This document shows, one piece after another, positions 28,257 to 41,180 of a DNA stretch of 64,000 bases. Under the pieces are notes generated by a model. The model worked only from the letters and a program-made list of their open reading frames with translations. It had not been told where the DNA came from and searched no databases. Source of the DNA: Chrysomallon squamiferum. Lineage: Eukaryota; Animalia; Mollusca. Position 1 is the stretch's first letter, and every line of letters begins with the position of its first letter. Location of the stretch: positions 15,562,001-15,626,000 of the forward strand of contig CM022674.1 of assembly GCA_012295275.1 (NCBI GenBank). Direction: 5' to 3'. The position numbers were made by a program, and so were the translations under genes.

Positions 28257-28950
28257 GCAATATACACACAGACACACACATTTACTATAATAACACATTT
28301 ACTTTTCTTCCTACTACTGTGCCCGTGTGTTCATTCTACTTAAAAGTGTTTCAGTAGATTACACGCCATTTTTTTTTTTTTTTTTTTTTTTAGGCCTACT
28401 TAATTTAATTCAAAAACCCTTACACATGAGAGAAGTAAAAGTAAATTTAAAATATTTAATTCATATCAGTTTTACTTTTGAGGTACAGCAGTATTATAAT
28501 TTTATTCAACATTGTTGATAACCCACCCAATATCTTTCTGACTTTAACCTGAAATCATAGTTCAGAAAAATGACACACTCAGAAAACTGACTGACATTTT
28601 AACCAGCTCTCAGTGATAATGCATTCAGCTGAACCAGTGACCTAGAACAAACTGCTTTTATAAGAAAGTACATAAAGAAGATGACACTTGAGAGATGGAC
28701 GTGTTAGTACAGGCATGACTGAATATTGAGAATGAAAAATCATTCCAAACTGTTTGCTCATTATCCTTTTAATAATTTGTAAAATATCTTCGATTTGTTT
28801 GTTAACCATTTTTTAAAATAAATCTGTTGTAAATCAGTTAATAATCATGATGTTTGTGAATAAAAAATCTTTTTAACTTTTGAATCAAGTTTTAGTTTTT
28901 TTATTATTGACTAAATGAATGTGAAACTAATGTAAAATAAAAATATAAAT
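27917..28950 (+). repeat. Direct duplication of a ~110-200 bp segment (copies at ~27919-28120 and ~28706-28945)
   Basis: agtacaggcatgaNtgaaNattgagaatgaaaaatcattccaaactgtttgctcattatcc...gttaaccattttttaaaa is present twice. Confidence 0.85.
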
Positions 28951-29273
28951 ATATATATACTTATATATACATGGATGTGTGTGTGTGTGTGTGTGTGAGT
29001 ACTACAATAAACATTTAACCTGCTATGCAGGCATATATTTCCATATATGTTCATGGTTCTTTACTGCCTGGATTACATTTCAGTTATACAGGCTTTTTTA
29101 TTGGCTGGCCCAGTTATTCATCCCGAAGATGAAAATACTTCCTGGTAAATCAACTTTAATATTTAACTACATAACATTTAACCTGCTACTAATTTCCAAT
29201 GTTCATGGTTCTTTACTGCCTGGATTACTTTCGTTATACTTTTGTTATCAAGGCGTTAACGTAATACGTGTAA

Positions 29274-30053
29274 ATGATATTTTTATTGTGTGTAATGTTA
29301 ACTGATGTTTTGCATGGTGAGTATTTATGTTATTTATAGTATATATGAGTTTACGTTAAATATGCTTTGTTTCTACCATCTCTGTCTAAACATAAATAAA
29401 TATACGTCGTTTACACTGTACTTGGATATACGTAAAAATAACTGTGTTAATTTTTCCCTTAGGTAAATAGAAATATAAATGTTTATTTTTTCCAAAAGGT
29501 TAGCATAAATACAACTTTGTTTACTTTTCCATAGATACACTTAAATTTATCTTTGTTAATCGTTCCAATAGCTTCACATAGAATAGAACTTGTTAATTTT
29601 TTCAGTAAGTATCTTTAGTGTATTACTTATAACATATCATCGAAAAGCATCTGGAAAGCTGGTATCTTCAATAGTTTTAATGTTTATCAAAAAATATCAA
29701 TATTTGTTATTTGTTTCCCATCCTAGCTAACAGTGCTTGTCCCAGTACCTCAAATACTGCAGGTATGTAATAAACTCTTTCAGTATTTTTATATTTTGTT
29801 TAGGCAACTGGATAATGAGGAAAATTATATATTTTAATGCATAAGTGAATTATTCTGTATTAACTGAGTTGCGTATGTGAAGAGATAAAACTATTTTTAT
29901 GTTGTCACGTTCTCGTTTTTCTGAATGTTATATGTTGATGATCATGGTACATTTTTTCTATGATGATATATTTTTAAATTTTGAAAACATAATTTTGTTA
30001 GTTTCTTTGTACGTTTTTTAGTTTTTGATGATGTACTATTGCTGTTTTTGGTG

Positions 30054-30103
<50 letters not shown>

Positions 30104-30693
30104 GTTATTGTTTCAGTGATACATATGTGTAAAGATGAAGCAATCAGTGATGTTCAAGATTTCTATCTTGACGTGTTTGTAACAGAAAACACGAGTATCA
30201 CTTGTAACTGTTCTCTTCACTCAACACAAGCAACTCAGATTGGTTTTGTCATCGTTCAGGATTCTCAAGAAAACTGTAAATCTGCTCTAACTGTAGAAGA
30301 GCCAAGAACTTCTGTACCATTTTCATGTAGAAGCAGTGGAAGTAAAACAACATACAAACATGTTATTGATAGTAAAGGATATCTGTTAAGTCTTAACGCA
30401 GAATCTGCTCCAGTGAGATCAACTTTATGCATCAATTTCTGGAACATTGGTTCAGGTAGAAATTTTATTTTAAGTAAACAATTTATGAATGTGGAACATC
30501 CATTAATTAGAATATTTATTATTTTAAACTATTTCTGGTCCTAAAGGCTATGATTAAAATATGTGATGAATAAATAATTACAATAATGATAATAAGAGTA
30601 AAAAACCAAACAAAAACAAGAATTTCTATGATTTGCTAATGATGTTGATGACATTAATAATACCACAATGATGGAGATGATAATAATAATAAC

Positions 30694-30736
<43 letters not shown>

Positions 30737-31863
30737 TCAATAACAACATCAACAACAATAATAACCTATTTATGTTACAAACATGTTTACTATTCAAAGC
30801 AGGCAGTTTAAGTGTCCAGTGCTTTTCGCCACACAACCATCTAACCACGACAACCACACGCACATCAACAGCCAGAACCCCGGAACCGACGTCACCAATA
30901 TATCCAGACATCACCGACAACAACAGTTAAGGAAAAACCGCATCTACTTCATCATTTGCTGCAGAATTATTTGCAGAAGATAAATCGTTTCCAGGTATTA
31001 TAAGATAGAGATTTTCTGAATCTCTGAGTTTTCAAGGACTCCACCAATGAGTGTTTCTTTCGTCATATCACTGAAGGTTTTAATAACTGTAGTTATTAAC
31101 TATACCAAGTTTAAGACCCTGCATATCGTAACAGGGCATAAGCAGACCCTATTCGTAATATCAGGGTCTAAGCAGCACGCATTCAAATATTCATGTTTTC
31201 TTATATCGTAAGATTAATTTGACCGCACGATCTTTTGTGCTAAGCTTAATTGATCACCGATAATCATGGCAATTTTCACTAATGTTTTTACTCTGGGATT
31301 CAAAAAAGCTCTTCTGAGATATATCTAATACTGTACACTTAATTCGTATATTCTATCTTTATTTATTTTCTGCTGGTTATGTCATATGTATTTAAGCAAT
31401 CCTTTCCATTTAATCGAAAAAGTTAAGACAGCATGACATGTATTCAAATCGTGAGCAGGGCAAAGCTTTTTGTTTTGAGCACACAAATTAAAAGGGGAGG
31501 GTCAATTCGTAAATCACTGCTGTAGTTAAAGCCCATATCGGTTTTAATTCTTCAGTTGCAGCCGTTGTTGGAGGTGTTGTCGGTGTAGGACTGCTGACTG
31601 CTGTTGTGGCTGCTGTCATTATTTACCACAGGTAAAATAGTGACTAATTCGCGTTAAACTCATTATGTTGTTTTATATACGCACACACACTCTCATCACA
31701 AACAGACACGCAAACACGTGCAGAAACACATACATGTACCTTTGGTTTAATTAATATGAACTTTATTTTATTTGTTGTTTCATAATAATGACAATAATGA
31801 TGGAGAAGATGATGGTGATGATGATAATAATATATAATGATAATAATAACAAAAAACAATGGC

Positions 31864-31896
<33 letters not shown>

Positions 31897-31912
31897 TTAT
31901 AATAATAATAAT

Positions 31913-31948
<36 letters not shown>

Positions 31949-32124
31949 TATAATGAAAATAAATATAACAATAATAGTAATAATAACAATAATAAATATT
32001 TATACTGACAATGATGATATTAATGGTAGAAATAATAATGATAATAACACTATAATAATAGCACCAGCAGCAGCAGCAGTAGTAGTAGTAGTAGTAGTAA
32101 TAGTAGTAGCAATAATAATAATAA

Positions 32125-32155
<31 letters not shown>

Positions 32156-32663
32156 AATAACAATGACAATAGTAATAATAATAGTGATAATAACGATACT
32201 AATAGTGATAATGATGATGAGGATAATACTAATAATGATGATAATAATGATACTACTACTACTACTACTAATAATAATAATAATAAACGTTTTCTGCAGA
32301 AGAAAGTCAGAAAACTGTAAACAGACTTCAAACAACGACGACGGTAACGTCACCAATGATGTAAGTTACTACAACACTGCTAACAACATCAGCATTAACA
32401 ATACTCATATCGGAAATGATGATGCGACTCCTAGTCCAGTCAACATCAGTGGTAACGACTACGAACAACTACAACTGAGTCCTGCACAGTATATTAATAC
32501 AGCAGTCGACGATGACCATGTTTATCTTCATGTCTCCAACACTGATGCTGAAAGTAGCAATTACGAGCGAATACGTCAGAATGAATCACAGTATGCTAAC
32601 ACGCCATCTAGTGGTGACGGAAGTCACGTGTATCTTGGAATAAGTAAGTCAAGAGACAAGTGA
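29274..32663 (+). CDS. Orphan type-I membrane receptor-like protein: Cys-containing ectodomain, Thr-rich stalk, TM, Tyr-motif tail. In-frame TAA at 30928-30930.
   Basis: Phase-compatible exons: 29274-29316 (MIFLLCVMLTDVLH signal), 29727-29762, 30117-30455, 30800-30994, 31556-31631 (TM VAAVVGGVVGVGLLTAVVAAVIIYHR), 32300-32663. Confidence 0.78.
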
Positions 32664-33849
32664 AAAATTATGATTGCACCGCGTGCAGTATTGAGAACAT
32701 ATAAACAAAACATAGTTATAATAATAACGATAATTATAACATAATCCGCAAGATTACTCTTTCAATGACAATATGAAAATTTCAGGAACATTTATACAAA
32801 AGTGATTTTTGTTGTAGAAAATATATGTTGAAATGTTATTGTATTTGGTCTAAATGTACAACACTATGGTATATATTTATTTCTCTGAAAAGTTAAAAAT
32901 GTCCACTTAAATATACAGAGAAACTCATCAACAATATCAAAATTGCATAAGTGATATTTTCTGTGTTTCAATATTGAACCGTGTACCAGTTTATATAGGA
33001 AGTTGGAAATTATTAACTTTAAATAAAGTTCTAACATTTTTAACTGGCGCAAAACATTTACTTGAACACACGAATATATACTTCATAAACACATTCATCT
33101 AATATTAGAAGCATAATATAAGCTATTACAGAAGCATTCATACTATGGTTATAAGATAACAACATTTATAATATACGAGACAGTTTATACTCTTTACAGT
33201 TAGCAATGTTTGCCCAAATTGTAAACATTTTTACTGTAACATTTATAGACAATACATATCTGCATAATTCACCATAAACCATATATCTTGGTGTTGACTT
33301 GTTAACACGTAGTATATATTTGATCAACGTGAGATGATATCTTTCAGTTATATTGCAATATTGAAAACTCCTGATTTCTGTGCATATAACAATATTGGTT
33401 TTACAATTTTGTCAAACTAATCTAACTAACAGTCGATTGATAAACCTCAGCAACAATTTCTATTTCAATATGTTTATATATAAATCTGTTTTTAATTTTG
33501 CTGTGGAAAGAAAATCATAATTTTTGACACGGGAGCATTAACTTTTAATTTCCACGTTTTACAATTCATTTCAAGGCAGTGCAGGTGACGTTGTATATCA
33601 TCTGTTCCTTCTCCTAATTGTACAGTATCATCAGGATATAACTGCACAAATAACTTCAGATATGCATTAATATTTTAGCGAGAAAATCTGTTACCGATTT
33701 CAGTTTTATTTAGGAAAAACAATCTCTAAAATATGCATTAATATGAAAATAAAAAAGATGACGTTTTTCCCCCTTGCGTTATTCCATTATTGGAAGGAAA
33801 ATATTCTGATTCAATTCTTGATTTTCTACCGTCGCACATATTATTCTGA

Positions 33850-34570
33850 AACATTGCCACTATTTCCACAACTATTATTACTAGCCCTACTATATCCAAT
33901 ACTGCTATATCCAATACTACTATTATTACTTCAAATACTTTTTCCCAGTACTACAATATTTCTATTACTTTTATTACTAGCCCTAACATTTCCATTATTA
34001 GCCCTAATATTTCCAGTATTTCTACTATTATTATTAGTAGCCCTACTGTTTCCACAACAATTATTAGTATTATTACTAACCCTATCATTTCTACTACTAT
34101 TACTAACACTAGTATATCAGTACTACTGTTATTAATAGCCCTACTATTTCCAGTACTACTATTATTACTAGCCCTACAATTTCAGTTACTACTACTACTA
34201 TTACTAGCCCTACTATTTCCATTACCACTACTACTAGTACTATTATTATTAATAGCTCTACCATTTCCACTGCTATTATTACGAGCCTTTACTAGCCCTA
34301 TTATTTCCAGTACTACTACTAACTCTACTACTGTTGACGTTTACCTTGATATCCACCTGAACTTACCTTAATTACCGACATCACCTGGAATGAGAAATCA
34401 AATGTAAATTATCCGAGCGTGCGAGGATTCGAACTCCAAGCAGGGAGCGTAGCGAGCGTGAACTCCAACCACGACACCATCCGATCTCGGACGAGCAACA
34501 TACGAAAATAACTTCTAGTCAATCCTGCGATCTCCCAACATGGCGATTATCTGCAGAAGCCGTCATTTTC
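33850..34570 (-). mobile_element. tRNA-derived SINE-like unit with minisatellite tail (left arm of a large inverted repeat)
   Basis: Minus-strand A-box-like tggtgtcgtggtt and B-box ggagttcgaatcc (plus-strand ggattcgaactcc at ~34425-34437). The tail is ~(ctactatttccagtactactattattactagcc)n at 33850-34330. Confidence 0.65.
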
Positions 34571-34769
34571 ATTTTATTTTATCTGACTATTTTAAATATA
34601 TATCCACACATGCGTTAATATTTAGCATAAAAAATAAAATATTTAATAAAATAAACATTTATATAAAATTAAAAAAAATGCATTATATAGTTTCTAAAAA
34701 TAAACATGATGTCATTATTCCCGGAAGTTATATAATTCTTATACTATTGTAGGATATTATGCAAATTCC

Positions 34770-35700
34770 GAAAATGGCGGCTTCTACAGATAATCGCCAT
34801 GTTGGGAGGTAACTCCAAATCGATTGCACAACATCGATCGCAGGATTGACTAGAAGTTCTTTTCGTATGGTGGTCAACCGAGATCGGATGGTGTCGTGGT
34901 TAGGGTTCACGCCAGCTACGCTCGCTGCTTGGAGTTCAAATCCTCGCTCCGATCGGATAATTTAACTTTCCTTTCTCGTTCAAGGTCATGTCGGTCATCA
35001 GGTAATTAACGCAAATTAAGGGGAACATCAAGATAAGTTAGATAAACGTAATAATAGTAGTATTGGAAATAGTAGGGCTAGTAATAATAATAGTAGTAGT
35101 ATTGGAAATAGTAGGGCTAGTAATAATAATAGTAGTATGAAATAGTAGGGCTAGTAATAATAGTAGTTGTAAAAATAGTAGGGCTAATAATAATAGTAGT
35201 AATGGAAATAGTAGGGCTAATAATAATAGTAATAATAGTAGTAGGGCTAGAATAGTAGGGCTAAATGGTAGTAAAATAATAGTAGTACTGGAAATAGTAG
35301 GGCTAGTAATAATAATAGTAGTAATGGAAATAGTAGGGCTAATAATAATAGTATAATAATAATAATAGTAAATAGGGCTAGGGCTAATAATAGTAGGGCT
35401 AAATAATAATAAATAATAATAGTACTGGAAATAGTAGGGCTAGTAATAATAGTAGTATTGGAAATAGTAGGGCTAGTAATAATAGTAGTAAAATAGTAGG
35501 GCTAGTAATAATAGTAGTAGTAAATAGTAGTGAAAAATACTAGGACTAATAATAAAAGTAGTAGTACTGGAAATAGTAGGGATAATAATAATAGTAGTAT
35601 TGGAAATGGTAGGGCTAGTAATAATAGTAGTATTGGAAATGGTAGAGCTAGTAATTATAGTAGTACTGGAAATAGTAGGGCTAGTAATAATAGTAGTATT
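34770..35700 (+). mobile_element. tRNA-derived SINE-like unit with minisatellite tail (right arm of the inverted repeat)
   Basis: tggtgtcgtggtta at ~34889 and ggagttcaaatcc at 34931. The tail is ~(ggaaatagtagggctagtaataatagtagtatt)n at 35050-35700. It is the reverse complement of the left arm. Confidence 0.65.
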
Positions 35701-36259
35701 GCTTTATTAGAATCACCTATTTTTCCTCTACATAAACCATCGTTTTCTCTACATCTATCATTTTGACATTCCCTGCTTTTTGTATCTTCGAATGTTTTCA
35801 AGATTTCATCTTCATCTGCTTCTTCGGATGTTGTAGAAAATAGTGTAGTCTGTAACACTGACCTTCGTTCTAAATATCTACACAATTTGTTATTTTCTGT
35901 AAGATCACATCGGTACTGCAACCCGCTTGTTTCTTTCCAATAATCAAAGTGCCCATTTATTTCATTTTTTTCTATTTTATTTCGGTATCTGTCCAAAGCC
36001 TCAATATGACTATATTTCATCAAATTCATCAAATTCAAAGGTCCTTTTGAAATAATATTTAACAACGAATCGGTATTTTTTCTTAGATATTTACAAGCTG
36101 AGGGATTTTCGTCATTAAGTACAAACTGAGTGTTTCCTTGTTATTGTTCTTTTTTTGATACATTCAGTGCTGGTTTATAAATACTTTGATGTATTTGAGT
36201 GCTGCTTGTAAAAGTCTATCTGTAAAGCAGTTCATCTTTCTTGTATATGTTTAAATCCA
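35700..36259 (-). pseudogene. Disrupted coding-like exon of unknown family, abutting the minisatellite
   Basis: Minus-strand acceptor ttttattttcag at ~36260. The frame continues through two stops into ORF 35655-36065, which has protein-like composition. Confidence 0.3.
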
Positions 36260-37138
36260 CTGAAAATAAAATTAACAATATAAAAGAGACAAGTGATGTT
36301 TAAAAATAATAAGTATAAAATAGACTTCCATCGTGCTTAAATAAAAAATAATAAATAATAATAAAAAAAAAATGATAATAATAAGTAAACAAATAAACAA
36401 ACAAGGAAGAAATAGATAAATAAATAAATAAATAAATAAGTAAATAAATAAAGAAACAAACAATCTAAAAACAAATAAATAAATAAATATTAACCAATGA
36501 AAGTTACGTAATTTATGTAAGCTTGCAATTTCGATCATGGCCTTATCAGAGGACATTTTACTGAATATTTAAATATGTTTTGCGATTTATTCTTATGATA
36601 CTAGTTATATTTGTAAGGATAGAGAACAACTAACATAGTTCAACAATTAAATAAGGAAGTACATACCAGTTACTCCAGGCATATAATATTAGCCTTAGTT
36701 ATTAGAGTTTGCATAATACTAAAAATGTTACGTTCTTATTGTTTATTTTTAATGGACTTCGGTCCTATACGCCCAGTTCAACATAACAAGACAGTAATCG
36801 GGTCTCTCCTATAGTGTGTCGATACTGATCGCGACAGGTTGTCTGTCGTTGTTTTTGCTCTTTTCTTTACCATTTCTTTCTTTGTTTTCTCTTTTTAAGA
36901 TCAGAAACATATACCCAAACACACACGCACACAGACAAACAAGCGGAGAAAAAAATCACATACACATATAAACTTGTTATAATCATTATAAATAGTGTCT
37001 ACTTTGATATAAATATAGAGCGGCTTCGTCCACGCAGAAACTGATTATACTGCGATCTCGCCCATCACGAATTCAACATTGGGCTAGTTTGACATCCTTC
37101 ATGTAAATGGGCCTAAATTAATAATAAAACAAAACAAA

Positions 37139-37214
<76 letters not shown>

Positions 37215-37929
37215 TGTATACGTGCAAGAGTTCAGATTGTTGTTATCTGGTTTTATCTTCTGATAAAAACATTTGAACGTCCTGACTTACTTGTGTTATT
37301 AAAATATCAGGTCACCTGATCTGTCGGAAGTTTCTACTTTCGTTTCTTGTTCACACTGATTATCTGTTATTGCTTCGCATTCTTTTGTAGACTGTTCGTT
37401 AAGTTCCATATCATGGCAAACGGGTATCAACTTCCGGCCATGGCAAGTGGAAATGGTTGTATATGATTCGTTAGATTTGTTTATTTATTTGTTTGTTTGT
37501 TTGGTTTGGTTTGGTTTGGTTTGGTTGGTTTGTTTGTTTGTTTCTTCGTTTGGTCTGTTTGTTAATTTAGAGGTGATAGTTTATAGTGTACAGTTGAAAA
37601 ATATACGTCGCACATTAATCATATCAGATATATAATATCAGGTTACTTTAAAATACTGAAACAGATATTTGTATCAGAATTATTTATTTAGTTCAGTTAT
37701 AGCTATTGTTGTTGTTGCTGTTGTTGTTGTTATTAGTGCTGCTATTGTTGTTACAATTCACTCGTCTGTCTGGAATACTGATATAATGAAATGAGAAAGA
37801 TAACGAAGAAAAAACCTGTTGTCGTTATCAACTGAACGAATCTCGGTCAGATATGTAGACAAGGGCATGGTATTTTTGTTACTCATTATGTCCGTGGCTC
37901 AGCATTTGCTCCAAAAATTAAATAATTAA

Positions 37930-38351
37930 AACTACACATGACACCAACGTTAATCAACGAACTGTTTGTTATTCGGTTCGCCATTTGCGCGGAAAGAGCC
38001 TGCGACAAAGATATCACCTATGCTTGGGACGTCATAGTAGAGATGACGTCAGAACTATTGTTACACCGTCGCGACAGCAACCGACAAGCTGAGAAGGAAG
38101 TTCTTGAAGAGAGTTTGAGTGATTCTGAAGACGAGGTTTTCCCCGAGCTCGATAATGATATGATATTCGACAATCAGAGATGCAATCTACAAAGAGCACA
38201 GCTGCGGAGAAATCTGTTTTTGAAGATGGTCTCCGATCCCAAATCGTATCAGCACCAGGTGTTCAAATCTCTCGATATTGATAACATGAGGATCAGAAGT
38301 CAGTCAATAGGTGAGAGGGATTCCTTTGTAGTAATGGCTGCTGTTCGGTAA
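37930..38351 (+). pseudogene. Orphan duplicate of the tyrosine decarboxylase last exon
   Basis: Nearly identical to 60905-61360 (FVIRFAICAERACDKDITYAWDV...RRNLFLKMVSDPKSY). No upstream Tdc exons were found, and a ~38-bp deletion alters the C-terminus. Confidence 0.85.
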
Positions 38352-39173
38352 GCGTAGAATTTATTTACTATAAGTATTGAAATTAAAGAAGGAAAATATA
38401 GATTTCAGACAGAAACTTATTTTATTTTTTAATCTGTACGCTTTCATTTTCAGTTATTTTATTTTGTTCTATTTACTTACTCTAATTTTTATCTTTAAAA
38501 ACAAGGAACTGTTTAATGTCTCGCTCAGGAAAAAAACATTTTAATCCATAAGTATTAAAAGCGTTTTAATATAATCTTAAAGTTAGTGAGAGACACTGAA
38601 AATGAATAAACTGCTGATTAGCAGTAAGAGTTTTATGTTCATCTTTCCATAGACAGAAAAGCACATAGCACAACCTTTTATAAACACACTGATTAGTATT
38701 AATGCAGTCATCCAGCGAAACAGAACTGAAACTTACCTCACTTGTTTGGTTCATTTATTAAAATATTATTTTCTATAACTAATTATTTGAACATAGTTAA
38801 TTAATAATTACATATTCTGTTACAAGTGACCACACAACATTTGCCACAGTTTCTTTTTGAAAGCAAACTTTGGGGTTCACTGATTCTATGAGGATAAGGA
38901 CAGGAGGGATAGATGTTCAAGTGTTAATAATAACATGGTGTTGTGTTTAGACTTGAAACTGTTCATAATACTTTAGACATAGATCACATTTAAACAATGA
39001 ACTGTAGACAGTTTCAAACATTATTATTTTGCATTTCTGAAATTAAATATCAGGAAATAGTTAAATTGTGGGATAATAAACTATTGTTATCAAAAATTAT
39101 GAACAGTCCTGTCTCCTACACGATAAGTGTTTGAGAGAAAAAAAAGAGAAGTTCCTCAGTTATCAATAACTGT

Positions 39174-39225
<52 letters not shown>

Positions 39226-39439
39226 CATGGCGAAGAAGATAAATAATATAAAGGGTACATTAGGGCTTTTGATACCATGTATCAAGATATCTGACATCTA
39301 TTATATAATTCTACACGATCAGTACATTCGGCTGATATCTTAATCCCTGTAATATATATTTTTTTGTATATCCTAATTACCCATGCACCACTGAAATGTA
39401 AACCTTAATATATCTACGTAAACGATCTACGTAATGTCA

Positions 39440-39770
39440 TCACTTATGTATACCACAGACCTACACACCCCTGTAATGCAATTATTTGTATACACTAGTG
39501 ACCCATACACCTGTGTAATGTAATTCTCTGTGTATAATACTGACCCATACATCTGTGTAATGTAATTATTTGTGTGTCCTACTGACCCATACACCTGTGT
39601 AATGTAATTGTTTATGTATAATACTGACCCATACATCTATGTAATGTAATTATTTGTGTATACTACTGACCCATATACCAGTGTATTGTAATCCTTTGTG
39701 TATCCTTCTGACTCATACACCTGTGTAATGTAATTATTTGTGTGTCCTACTGACCCATACACTTGCAATG
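39440..39770 (+). repeat. ~42-bp minisatellite (tactgacccatacacctgtgtaatgtaattatttgtgta)
   Basis: About 7 tandem units; the homologous array is at 62810-63240. Confidence 0.9.
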
Positions 39771-40489
39771 CAATCCTTCTTCTATCCTACATACCCATTA
39801 TACCTCTGTAGTTTATGCTATTGACCTATGCTGCCCTGTAATATAAACCCCAGTCTACAGTACAGTGAGGGGTTATCTCATCCTCTTGTGAGTATATAAA
39901 TAGAAATGTCCACATAAAATGTGAAATAAAAAATAATTTGTTATTAATATATTTTTGGTTGAGCAAAAGCAAACGAACATTTCCCAAAACAACAACCAAA
40001 ATAACCATCCCGACAGCAAGATCCTCTTAACTCTATTATAGATCTGCAGGCAAAGCAGTGAACTGGGGCCACTAGCTACACATTGTCCACTTGTTATCAT
40101 TAAAATTAGTACAAATATTATTATTATCTTTAACAAAACATATACTAAATATGCATTTTTACAGTAATAAATATTGATAGATATAAAGGCATTTGAAGCA
40201 CACGTCAGTTTGATGTGTTAGCTGTATATAGCAGAAGTTGAACTTGGTGAATTATTCACTGTAGAAGTAGAACTGTGAAATATTCGTGGAATGTTGGAAG
40301 GATTTGCTGTAGAACTGTGAAAGAATGGTGGAGGGAACGGTGGTGGAGGGAACGGTGGTGTAGTGAAGGGTGGTGGATGAAAGGGTGGTGGAGGGAAGGG
40401 TGGTGGAGGGAACGGTGGACGCAGGAATGGAGGGGGGAATTGATTCCAATATAGATTGGGTACTTGAACACTTCTGATCGGAATAGAGG

Positions 40490-40650
40490 CCTAAAAAGAC
40501 GATACTGAGGAAACTGAGGAAGACAATTCTGGTGTGTTCTTCACAGAATATCCAAGTAGAAACATTGGGTAAATCTGGGTAGTGTCAAAAATTACAAAAA
40601 CTGATGGATTATTTACATCATCGACACAAGAATCATAAAGAACATGTAGG
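40490..40650 (-). pseudogene. Partial tandem copy of the PARP catalytic C-terminus
   Basis: Encodes HVLYDSCVDDVNNPSVFVIFDTTQIYPMFLLGYSVKNTPEL; near-identical to 40755-40880. Confidence 0.85.
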
Positions 40651-40747
40651 TATCATAGCTATATATTGTTAAAGAGCAAAGTTCTCGTTCTTAATTAAAC
40701 GAATTTCTGGTAGGAGTAATCGCCTCTGAAACAGGTACTGAGGAGAT

Positions 40748-41180
40748 TCATGAAGGCAATTCTGGTCTGGTCTCCACAGAATATTCAAGTAGAAACATTG
40801 GGTAACTCTGTGAAGTGTCAAAGATTACAAAAACTGATGGATTATTTACATCATCGACACAGGAATCATAAAGAACATGTCCTTTCCTAGGAGGAGGCCG
40901 GCAGTAGGAACTTTCACCTTTTGCATACTGGCCTACAAGAACCTTTGAAATGAACATGAAACAATGTGATCCTGTGGTGTAGCAGTGGCTGTATTTGGCA
41001 TCCCGAGCAAAATAAGCCCCCTTTCCGTACGATGTTCCATGTTTGCCATTCAGTCTGAAATCGATGTTGTTGTGGCAGATTCCACGTATGACACTGACGT
41101 CATCACTTGTTCCATGAAAGAGAAATCTTTCGTTAATATCTCCTTCATCAGCCCTCTTCATCGACATTGCATTTCTCATA
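40748..41180 (-). CDS. Terminal exon of a mono-ADP-ribosyltransferase PARP (PARP7/11/12/14-like catalytic domain); probably part of a truncated gene
   Basis: NERFLFHGT, YGKGAYFARDAKYS, VLVG, YDSCVD..NPSVFVIFD..QSYP. Minus-strand acceptor tcttttgcag at ~41181. The third triad position is V, not the poly-ART Glu. Confidence 0.88.

Larger units (their letters stand above)
37930..40330 (+). repeat. Segmental duplication, copy A (partner at ~60905-63800)
   Basis: Collinear near-identity of the exon, 3' flank, (TG)n, minisatellite and downstream unique sequence. Paired ORFs 39873-40136 and 63345-63677. Confidence 0.93.

Noticed and set aside
34880-34960. Functional tRNA gene
   Set aside because: A- and B-box-like motifs are present, but I could not build a convincing cloverleaf. 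The two copies are diverged and attached to repeat tails, so SINE-like is the better call.
37930-38351. Second functional Tdc gene
   Set aside because: No upstream Tdc exons were found between 32.7 and 37.9 kb, and the exon's 5' end is degenerate.
39440-39770. ~42-bp repeats as a CRISPR-like array
   Set aside because: They are contiguous tandem units with no unique spacers, i.e. an ordinary minisatellite.
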